From the NCBI RefSeq assembly GCF_000341895.1, contig NC_020409.1, positions 3,092,411-3,124,410 of the forward strand: 32,000 nt of DNA, read 5' to 3'. This document shows positions 25,088 to 32,000 of this stretch, one piece after another. A model generated the notes under the pieces. It was not told the DNA's origin. It worked only from the letters and a program-made list of their open reading frames with translations, and made no database searches. Position 1 is the stretch's first letter. Every line of letters starts with the position of its first letter. A program made the translations under genes and the position numbers. The DNA is from Pseudodesulfovibrio piezophilus C1TLV30 (GTDB lineage Bacteria; Desulfobacterota; Desulfovibrionia; Desulfovibrionales; Desulfovibrionaceae).

Positions 25088-26140
25088 ATGCTGCATTTTC
25101 TTCGTTGGAATCAAATCAAACTGGATGCTGCTCCGGGGAGTTTGGTCTATGCCGGAGCGCAGAGGGACTTTGTTCCTTCTTTGCAACACTACATGTATAA
25201 TACGAAAGAACTCATTGAGCGCTCCCTGAAGACAGTTGACGATATTCAGCTGAGTTCTGACCACATGAACCTGCTTGTGCTCATCGGAATTCACCAGTCC
25301 GAGATCATCCGTGACCTTGGGAGAACATTACGCCTTCCGACACTGCTCCTTGAAGATGTCCTGAACACGGGGCAACGGTCAAAATTCACATGGGCCGATG
25401 ACGAGACCGGATTTATTGTCATGCGGCATATGGAAGTCAAGGACGAAAAAGTACAGGACGAACAAGTCAGCATGTTTTGGCGTCAGAACATGATTGTGGT
25501 TTTACTAGAAGATGAGAGTGATATGCTCTCCGGGGTTCTGTCCCGCATCCGATTGGGTAAGGGGCGGATTCGTAGCGCCGACTCTGTCTATCTCCTTTGT
25601 GCCATTCTTGATTCCCTGGTGGATCACCATATGATGGTCCTGGCCAACTTCAGTGAGGCGGCTCAGGTGCTTGAAAGCAAACTGGCAACCAATGCTTCGG
25701 ATCAATTCCTTGGTCGTTTGTATGAATTGAAGCGGGAGACGATTCTTCTGAGAAACCTCTTGATGCCGATGCGGGAGATCTTCAAGGGACTCATGAGGGA
25801 GGATTCCGAAGTGCCGGAGTCTGTTCTTCCTTATCTTCATGATGTCGCAGGGCATTACGAACAGACAATGGAGGGAGTCACGTCCCTTCATGACATCATG
25901 AAGTCCATGATTGACTATCAGATTTCGCTCATAGGCATTCGTACTAACAAGGTCATGCAGTTCCTGACTGTCATTTCAACCATCTTCATTCCATTGACCT
26001 TCATTGTGGGCATCTATGGTATGAATTTTGATAACATGCCGGAATTGCACTGGCAGTATGGTTATTATGGTGTTCTTGTCATCATGGCCTTTGTGGCCGT
26101 TGCCATGTTCCTGTTTTTTCAGAGGCGAAGGCTTCTGTAA
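25088..26140 (+). CDS. corA: CorA magnesium/cobalt transporter
   Basis: YGMNF (GMN) motif between two C-terminal TMs (IFIPLTFIVGIYGMNFDNMPEL..., VLVIMAFVAVAMFLFF). ATG 25088 has GGAGGG 9 nt upstream. Confidence 0.93.
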   Translation: MLHFLRWNQIKLDAAPGSLVYAGAQRDFVPSLQHYMYNTKELIERSLKTVDDIQLSSDHMNLLVLIGIHQSEIIRDLGRTLRLPTLLLEDVLNTGQRSKFTWADDETGFIVMRHMEVKDEKVQDEQVSMFWRQNMIVVLLEDESDMLSGVLSRIRLGKGRIRSADSVYLLCAILDSLVDHHMMVLANFSEAAQVLESKLATNASDQFLGRLYELKRETILLRNLLMPMREIFKGLMREDSEVPESVLPYLHDVAGHYEQTMEGVTSLHDIMKSMIDYQISLIGIRTNKVMQFLTVISTIFIPLTFIVGIYGMNFDNMPELHWQYGYYGVLVIMAFVAVAMFLFFQRRRLL

Positions 26141-26148
26141 GCGAAAGG

Positions 26149-26976
26149 CTAGAGTGTGTTGGCTTGCCGGAACCACCCAATGATATCCTGTCGCCAACGG
26201 CCTCCGGCTCCTCCGAGTACAAGGAAGTATGGGTTGAGGATACTTTCTTTGCTGTTGTAGACAAGGGAGTGACCATTCTCGTCCACAAGGAAACCTCCGG
26301 CTTCGGTGACGACACAATGGGCCGCTGCCGTATCCCATTCACTGGTCAGACCTAGGCGTGGATATATGTCGGCGGTTCCGTCGGCCACAGCGCAGAGTTT
26401 GAGTGAACTGCCCATTGGGATCAGGGTCGGTTCTTCCAGGTTTCCGAGAAATGCTTTGATAGCCTGGCTCTGGTGGGAGCGACTTCCAACAATCTTGAGA
26501 GCAGCGAATGTCTCAGGCGATGACGCATGGATCGGCCGAGGACTGCCGGATATCCCATGCATCCGAAATGCTCCTTTGCCTTCTTCCGCATACCAGCAGA
26601 TGTCCTGGGCAGGGGCGTAGACTACACCCAAGGTGGGGATATTCTGTCGGATCAGAGCGATGTTGACCGTGAATTCCCCATTTTTTTTAATGAACTCCTT
26701 GGTCCCGTCCAGAGGATCGATGAGCCAATATTCTTTCCACCCCTTGCGTTCTTCCCATGGTATTTCCACTGATTCTTCTGAGAGTATAGGGATGTCCGGG
26801 GACAATTGTCCGAGTGCATGCACTATCAGTTCGTGAGATGCCCTGTCTGCCGCAGTCAAGGGGCTTTCATCTTTCTTGAAAACGACTTCGTAATCAGACG
26901 AATAGATTTCCATGATGCGGGAACCGGCGGAGCGGGCGATTGAAATAATGGATGCAAGGCGATCATGTTCGGTCAC
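26149..26976 (-). CDS. cysQ: 3'(2'),5'-bisphosphate nucleotidase (inositol monophosphatase family)
   Basis: SPLTAADRASHELIV, ILSEES and WLIDPLDGTKEFIKKNGEFTVNIALI are nearly identical to the E. coli CysQ core, and WDTAAAHCVV is also present. Start proposed at GTG 26976 (GGAGG 8 nt upstream), with ATG 27048 as the alternative. The track start at 27276 overlaps the upstream gene and terminator. Confidence 0.88.
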   Translation of the reverse strand: MTEHDRLASIISIARSAGSRIMEIYSSDYEVVFKKDESPLTAADRASHELIVHALGQLSPDIPILSEESVEIPWEERKGWKEYWLIDPLDGTKEFIKKNGEFTVNIALIRQNIPTLGVVYAPAQDICWYAEEGKGAFRMHGISGSPRPIHASSPETFAALKIVGSRSHQSQAIKAFLGNLEEPTLIPMGSSLKLCAVADGTADIYPRLGLTSEWDTAAAHCVVTEAGGFLVDENGHSLVYNSKESILNPYFLVLGGAGGRWRQDIIGWFRQANTL

Positions 26977-27102
26977 TGGGAATGCCTCCGGCTGGCAGGT
27001 AAAGGATTGCGTCCTGTTTTGCCTGTCTGGATTGTTCAGGCTGCACATCGTGTCTTTTTGCGTGATGATATCAAGTGATGGTTGAGAATCTGTCCCATTG
27101 CG

Positions 27103-27140
27103 AAAAAGCAGAGCCTTCCTTAATGAAAGGAAGGCTCTGC
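27103..27140 (-). terminator. Rho-independent terminator after the RTX-repeat gene
   Basis: 14-bp arms GCAGAGCCTTCCTT / AAGGAAGGCTCTGC with a 5-nt loop. On the minus strand it is followed by TTTTT. It lies 24 nt after the stop at 27164. Confidence 0.8.
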
Positions 27141-27163
27141 GGTCAAGGGCATTCGGATGTTCT

Positions 27164-28531
27164 TTAGAAGAAGTCGGTTTGCTGTGTGTGCTCGAGAATA
27201 TAGTCAGTCGGGTCCGGGGTTGATGTATCAATATTGGAATGCGTGGCAATGAAGGATGAAATATCCGACTGGTCAACGCCGTCCAGTATCAGCCATGTAT
27301 TTTGGTGACTGGCATCTGTGCCGATGAACAGGGCAGTATAGTCTGTTCCGGAATCGACATGAAGGATATCATATCCATTGAGTTGAATAGTGTCTTCAGC
27401 CGCATTGAAGTCAAGGACATGGACCAGGCTGTCGTTCCAGCCATCAGTCACATTGGTCGAGTTGATCACGATGGTATCAGCTCCATCGCCAAGGGTCACT
27501 TCGTCGTGGTATCCTGTGCCGGAATTGTATCGGTCGTCTCCGTCACCGAGATATGCTCGGTCATTGCCATCTCCGCCATAAATGGTGTCGTTGCCGCTTC
27601 CTCCATACAGAATGTCGTTGTCATGACCTCCGTAAAGACGATCATTGCCATCGCCGCCGGAAAGGACATCCTCGCCGTTTCCGCCAATGAGCGTGTCATG
27701 CCCGGTTCCACCGTTCAGCGTGTCGTTACCGACATTTCCCCAGAGAGCATCATGTCCTGCTCCACCATTGATTGTCACATCCTGATATGTCAGGGAATGG
27801 CTGCTCATATCGACCAAGTCGTCGCCGTCTCCTGCATTGATGACCTCGATGTTCACAAGCCCGGCTTCGGCCGTGCCGCTGTGAGTATACTGATCATCCA
27901 GAAAGAGTGCATTGGAGTCGTTTGTCAGGGAGAGAGTGTCGTGCCCTGTGCCACCTTCGTATGTTTCAAAGGTGCGGGTTTTGCCGTACAGAAAGTTTGT
28001 TTCATGGATGGGGTCCAATCCTGACGTGCTGGTATAATTTGCATATTGGAGCCCCCAGTATGCATCTATGACGTAGTTGTAGGAATCTCCGGTATCGATT
28101 CCCGGAGTATCCGGTCGATCGAGTTCAATCCCGGAGCTTCTGGGAATCCCGGAATTTCCGTCAAGGGCGTCAATACCATCAAACAACCCCCCGTTGTCAC
28201 TAAAGGCTTCCACAATACCGCTTCCACCATTGGCGGCCGCATCAGCCGCAGTTTCCAGCTGGGAGTCGGTGGTTCCCATCAAGGATGCCATGAAATCCGG
28301 CGCGGAAATATCCACTCCCCCTGGCATCTGAAATGCTTCGACAGAGACAGTGCCGTCTTCAGCGATGATATTGTTGAGAAAAATCTGTTTTCCATCGACA
28401 GTAATAATCAGGGTGTTGCCGACGACCTGCATTTGGTCCGGGTTGAGGTCAAACTGGAACCGGATGTCTTTTTCAGATGCGACATTATATGAAGCGGCAT
28501 CAACGCTCGGTATTGCTATTGATAGTGCCAT
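27164..28531 (-). CDS. RTX (haemolysin-type calcium-binding nonapeptide repeat) protein, probable T1SS substrate
   Basis: Nine consecutive GGxGxDxUx repeats: [81 protein letters not shown] (aa 256-336, nt 27524-27766). There is no N-terminal signal peptide, and the tail is acidic with a hydrophobic end (..QQTDFF). Confidence 0.9.
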   Translation of the reverse strand: MALSIAIPSVDAASYNVASEKDIRFQFDLNPDQMQVVGNTLIITVDGKQIFLNNIIAEDGTVSVEAFQMPGGVDISAPDFMASLMGTTDSQLETAADAAANGGSGIVEAFSDNGGLFDGIDALDGNSGIPRSSGIELDRPDTPGIDTGDSYNYVIDAYWGLQYANYTSTSGLDPIHETNFLYGKTRTFETYEGGTGHDTLSLTNDSNALFLDDQYTHSGTAEAGLVNIEVINAGDGDDLVDMSSHSLTYQDVTINGGAGHDALWGNVGNDTLNGGTGHDTLIGGNGEDVLSGGDGNDRLYGGHDNDILYGGSGNDTIYGGDGNDRAYLGDGDDRYNSGTGYHDEVTLGDGADTIVINSTNVTDGWNDSLVHVLDFNAAEDTIQLNGYDILHVDSGTDYTALFIGTDASHQNTWLILDGVDQSDISSFIATHSNIDTSTPDPTDYILEHTQQTDFF

Positions 28532-28755
28532 GAAACACCTCGTCGGTTGTTTATAATGGGAATGGTCTCAATTCTCCTTGATATGAAAGAAACATGCCTT
28601 ATATCGTTAGGTGCATAATTCCGATGTGTTGTACTGTTCATAAAAGAAGTTCTTGCTGAAAAGATGCGGAGTCCGGAAAAAAAGGATTCCGTGTCACAAG
28701 ACAGTGAACGTTGACAGCAAAGCAGTCTCTCCGTGGCCAGTCAGACCTCAACTCC

Positions 28756-31125
28756 TTATAAGGTTTTCAGGAGCTCCTGCATCTTTTCACGTTCCGGGAA
28801 AGTGCCTTTTCCGGTCAAGGCAGATTGGGCAATGCGTCGGGCTTCAGCCGTATAGGACCATTTGGCCAGAACCGTGGCCAAATGATAGGCTATTGTTTTG
28901 TTCTCAGGCATTCCTTCAAACGCCTTACGCAGAGTTTCTATGGATTGTTCCCTGTTGCCGAGCAGGTGATATATCCATCCCAACGTATCCAGGGATTCCG
29001 GGGTGCCTTTAGCTGCCGCTGTCAGGGCCAGGCCAAGAGCTTTTTCAAGCGTTTGGGTGTCTGTGTGTGTTTCGGCATAGAGATAAGCCAGATTGTTGGC
29101 CGCTGGGCTGAAGTCGGCTTTTTTTTGCAAAACCGAGTTGTACGCCTCGATGGCTTTATCGGTTTTGCCTTGAATCTGATAGATTTGGCCGAGGAGAAAT
29201 TCTTCAATAAGAGCATCAGGATTTTTAGACAGGGCTGTCCTGCATTCTTGAATGACCTTGTCCATTTGCCCGGTTGCCAGGTAGACGCTGATCAGGCGCT
29301 GGTAGGGGACGCCCCAATCCGGTTCCATTGTGTTGGCGAGACGAAATTCTTTTTCCGCATTTTCCATATCCTTGTTTGTCAGGCTCAATCTTCCGAGTAT
29401 GTCGTGAAGAGCAGGACTGTTCGGCATGGTTTTGAGGAGGCTCGCCTCATAAGACACAAGGCGTTTCTTTTGGCCTGACGCACTGAGTGCGAAGAGTTTT
29501 CTTTCGATGGCTGCTGCGGATTTTGGGTGGAGCGCAAGTACCGTGTCATAATATGAGATGGCCTGGCTATACTGTTCGGCCGCTTCAGCCAGGAGTCCAA
29601 GTCGCAGCAGAGCGGGACCATGTCCGTCAGTCAAATTCAGTACTTTTCGATAGAGTTCGGCAGCGTGCTCATTTTCTCCACGCATCCTTTTGACATCCCC
29701 CAGAGCGATAAGCAGGGCTGGATCTTCCGGGGTTTGTTGTATGAGTTTGTGTAGCTCCTCTTCGGCGAGTGCCCATTGCCCGTATCGCGCATAATATTTG
29801 ACCAGAAGATTCCTGGAAGGTGAGTAGTCTGCATTTTTTGCAAGGATATCATGGAGTTCTTCAACTGCCATCAATCCTTTATCCTGCGCCAGGTAGGCAC
29901 GGGCCAAGAGGTCTCGGGCCTTGTAGTTGTTGGGCATGTCGTTTCGTACTATCCGCAGGTCGGAAATGGCTCCTTCGATATCTTTCAGGCCAAGACGGGC
30001 CTGGGCGCGCAGGAACATGAATTCGGGTGAAGGATTGCGTCCAATGGCCTCATCAAAATAGACGAGAGCCTGAACGAAATTTTTGTCCTTGCTTTGCAGG
30101 AATCCCAGTTTGGCCAAGGCCTGGGCAGTCATGGGATGATCAGGGAATTGTTCAATAATATGAGTGAGGGATGCCTTGGCCGTCGTAAAATCTTCCTTGG
30201 CAATGAGGATATCAACTCGAGCCAACTGAATACGGATGGCGTCGGGGTTATCATGCAACATGGCTGTAATGGTTTGCAGGCTTTTGTCAAATTGCTTGGT
30301 GCGAAGATAAAAGCCTGTCAAGGCAAGTCGGGTGTCTATGTTTGCAGGATCGGACCGCACGACATCAAGAATCGTTTTTTCAGCTTTTCGGATTTGTCCG
30401 GATTTTTCATACAACCGAGCAAGCATCATGCTGACGGGTGTTTTCTTTTCGGATATTTCAAGAAGCTTCAGGTAGTGTCCTTCCGCAGCGGTGAAGTCTC
30501 CCGCTTTCTCAGCCATGGTTGCGGCCTTGAACCTGAATGCGATGTTGGAAGGGTTTTCGCTGATTGATTGCTCAAGAATCTCATATGCCTTTTCCAGTTC
30601 ATTCTTTCGTTCATAGGCCGTCACCAGGCCAAGAGCGGCATCGGTATTGCTCGGTTCTTCCGTTAGAATCGCTTTGAGGATATGCATGGCTCCGGTGTGA
30701 TCTCCCTGTTGCAGGAGGAGTCCGGCATGGAGCAAATGGGCATCGGTATTGGTTGGCTCGTTTTCCAGCAGTTGTGTTACGAGAGTCTCCGCTTTGTCGT
30801 ATTGCCGGGAGAGCAGATAAAGCCGGCCAAGGCCTAGTTGCGCCTTGGTCAAATCCGGGTTGATTTCCACGGCCTGACCATAGGCTCCGAATGCGCTTTG
30901 CCAGTTTTGTTCTTGAATGGCACAATCGCCGAGCAGGAGATACGCAAGAGCGTTTTTCGGGTCCAGTTTGATGGCGTTTTTGGCCTCAATGCGTGCATCG
31001 GGAATGTTCCCCTCGGCATAATACGCCATGGCTTTTTGATAGACCTCGATACTTTTTTCTTCTGAAGAGGCGCACGCTACGCAAACGAGGCATATGAGAA
31101 AGACGAAAACTATTTTTTTCAACAT
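28756..31125 (-). CDS. Large TPR-repeat lipoprotein, PrsT-like (PEP-CTERM system TPR lipoprotein, TIGR02917-like)
   Basis: Start moved to ATG 31125, giving MLKKIVFVFLICLVCVAC|ASS as a lipoprotein-type signal. About 20 TPR units run throughout (..AYLLLGDCAIQEQNWQSAFGAYGQAVEINPD.. and similar). It lies immediately downstream of an EPS-type sugar transferase. Confidence 0.75.
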   Translation of the reverse strand: MLKKIVFVFLICLVCVACASSEEKSIEVYQKAMAYYAEGNIPDARIEAKNAIKLDPKNALAYLLLGDCAIQEQNWQSAFGAYGQAVEINPDLTKAQLGLGRLYLLSRQYDKAETLVTQLLENEPTNTDAHLLHAGLLLQQGDHTGAMHILKAILTEEPSNTDAALGLVTAYERKNELEKAYEILEQSISENPSNIAFRFKAATMAEKAGDFTAAEGHYLKLLEISEKKTPVSMMLARLYEKSGQIRKAEKTILDVVRSDPANIDTRLALTGFYLRTKQFDKSLQTITAMLHDNPDAIRIQLARVDILIAKEDFTTAKASLTHIIEQFPDHPMTAQALAKLGFLQSKDKNFVQALVYFDEAIGRNPSPEFMFLRAQARLGLKDIEGAISDLRIVRNDMPNNYKARDLLARAYLAQDKGLMAVEELHDILAKNADYSPSRNLLVKYYARYGQWALAEEELHKLIQQTPEDPALLIALGDVKRMRGENEHAAELYRKVLNLTDGHGPALLRLGLLAEAAEQYSQAISYYDTVLALHPKSAAAIERKLFALSASGQKKRLVSYEASLLKTMPNSPALHDILGRLSLTNKDMENAEKEFRLANTMEPDWGVPYQRLISVYLATGQMDKVIQECRTALSKNPDALIEEFLLGQIYQIQGKTDKAIEAYNSVLQKKADFSPAANNLAYLYAETHTDTQTLEKALGLALTAAAKGTPESLDTLGWIYHLLGNREQSIETLRKAFEGMPENKTIAYHLATVLAKWSYTAEARRIAQSALTGKGTFPEREKMQELLKTL

Positions 31126-31147
31126 GCTGACTCCGGCAATCAGAGGC

Positions 31148-32000
31148 TCAGGAAGCCCCGTCCTTATTGAGAATGACCCATATGGTCTTGAGGAGAATCC
31201 TGACGTCTCGCATAAAACGCCACCCATCAATGTAATCGAGGTCCATGCGGACAACATCCTCGAATTTATTTATTTTATTTCTGCCAGAGACCTGCCATAG
31301 ACCGGTGACACCCGGTTTCATGGAGATTCTGCGGCGTTCCCATTTCTCATAATGACTGACTTCGTCCACGGTTGGGGGGCGTGTCCCGACCAGACTCATT
31401 TCTCCGCGCATGACGTTGATGAATTGAGGAAACTCATCCAAGGATGTTTTTCTCAGGAATTTACCGACCTTGGTAATGCGAGGGTCATTTTTCATCTTGA
31501 ACATGTGACCGTCCATTTCATTGTGGGCCATGAGTTCCCGCTTCCGTGCTTCTGCATCAAGAAACATGGAGCGGAATTTGAACAGCTTGAATTTGCGATT
31601 GTTCTGGCCGACTCGGACCTGACTGAAGAGGATGGGGCCGGGGGATTCCATACGTATGGCGATGGCAACAGGTATATATATAAGACAAAAGATCAGGAAT
31701 CCTGCCGCACCACCGATGATGTCCAATATCCTCTTGTAGAAGAGGCCTGTCGCGTTGATGGTCGTTCCGGCAATACTCAGGGCCGGGACATTATCGATAC
31801 TGTCGATCCTGATGCCCCACCGTTCTTCCCCCGGAGTGAACATGGCTGGAACGATTCGACATGTCAGGCCCATTTTCTTGCATATATCCAGTCTGGATTG
31901 AAAGTCGAAGGGCAATGAGGGCGGCAAGGCAAAGACGACCTCGTCAATATCCTTTTCCACGGCAATATCGGAAAAAATAGTGGCGTCTCCTAGGTGTGGG
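31148..32000 (-). CDS. Bacterial sugar transferase (WbaP/EpsB-type undecaprenyl-phosphate hexose-1-phosphate transferase), 5' end outside window
   Basis: PF02397-type C-terminal domain: RVGQNNRKFKLFKFRSM, DPRITKVGKFLRKTSLDEFPQFINVMRGEMSLVGTRPP and KPGVTGLWQVSGR. The frame stays open upstream of GTG 31960 to the window end (..PHLGDATIFSDIAVEKDIDEVVFALP). Confidence 0.88.
   Translation of the reverse strand, partial: PHLGDATIFSDIAVEKDIDEVVFALPPSLPFDFQSRLDICKKMGLTCRIVPAMFTPGEERWGIRIDSIDNVPALSIAGTTINATGLFYKRILDIIGGAAGFLIFCLIYIPVAIAIRMESPGPILFSQVRVGQNNRKFKLFKFRSMFLDAEARKRELMAHNEMDGHMFKMKNDPRITKVGKFLRKTSLDEFPQFINVMRGEMSLVGTRPPTVDEVSHYEKWERRRISMKPGVTGLWQVSGRNKINKFEDVVRMDLDYIDGWRFMRDVRILLKTIWVILNKDGAS

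Noticed and set aside
26977-27276. 100-codon N-terminal extension of cysQ
   Set aside because: It runs through the RTX-gene terminator (27103-27140) and into the RTX coding region. CysQ homology starts near the proposed GTG 26976, and ATG 27048 is the only other plausible start.
27302-28024. 240-aa plus-strand ORF
   Set aside because: It is antisense to the RTX repeat region. GGN-GAY-rich repeats are stop-free on the opposite strand. There are no motifs.
28825-30567. Plus-strand ORFs of 217 and 157 aa (28825-29478 and 30094-30567)
   Set aside because: Both are antisense to the long TPR gene. I treat them as shadow ORFs.
31126-31257. N-terminal extension of the TPR ORF
   Set aside because: It overlaps the sugar transferase 3' end. 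ATG 31125 gives a clean lipoprotein-type signal peptide.
31352-31918. 188-aa plus-strand ORF
   Set aside because: It is antisense to the sugar transferase, which has strong PF02397-type motifs.
1-32000. Search for mobile elements, prophage genes, tRNA/rRNA, CRISPR or toxin-antitoxin pairs
   Set aside because: I recognised no integrase, transposase or recombinase motifs, no terminal inverted repeats flanking a block, no tRNA-like T-arm sequences and no repeat-spacer arrays. The absence is by eye only and should be confirmed with tRNAscan, Infernal and ISfinder.

Overview
This is a chromosomal-looking 32-kb window of about 50% GC. I saw no rRNA, tRNA, CRISPR array, transposase or integrase. 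I can support 28 protein-coding genes (two cut by the window edges), several rho-independent terminators, one near-consensus sigma-54 promoter and one unusual 10-bp tandem repeat. The gene content (sigma-54 activator, MCP, DUF169, catalase plus PNPOx-type O2 defence, PEP-CTERM-type EPS genes) suggests an anaerobic Desulfovibrionales-like deltaproteobacterium, but that is inference only. Left to right: a gltD-like oxidoreductase (partial); a divergent tetR/mipA pair; a histidine kinase plus NtrC-type activator; a sigma-54-driven seven-gene operon (USP, TSUP permease, TIGR02186-like protein, PpsA-like enzyme, orphan receiver, two USP-like proteins); a Tat-exported metallophosphoesterase; an MCP; DUF169; a PNPOx-GATase-catalase block; a small TSCPD protein; an MscS/DUF785/RimK/AstE-like operon; corA; cysQ; an RTX-repeat protein; and a PrsT-like TPR lipoprotein plus sugar transferase (partial). 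The best candidates for something undescribed are three. First, the sigma-54 module built around a PEP-synthase-like phosphohistidine enzyme that has a non-canonical C-terminal domain and a co-transcribed stand-alone receiver. Second, the MscS/retropepsin-like/RimK/deacylase operon, a possible glutamylation writer-eraser set. Third, seven 10-bp repeats bracketed by two GATTACA-type palindromes in the tetR/mipA control region. All family calls come from motif recognition by eye. No database or HMM search was run, and several start codons were re-assigned from the ORF track on RBS evidence.
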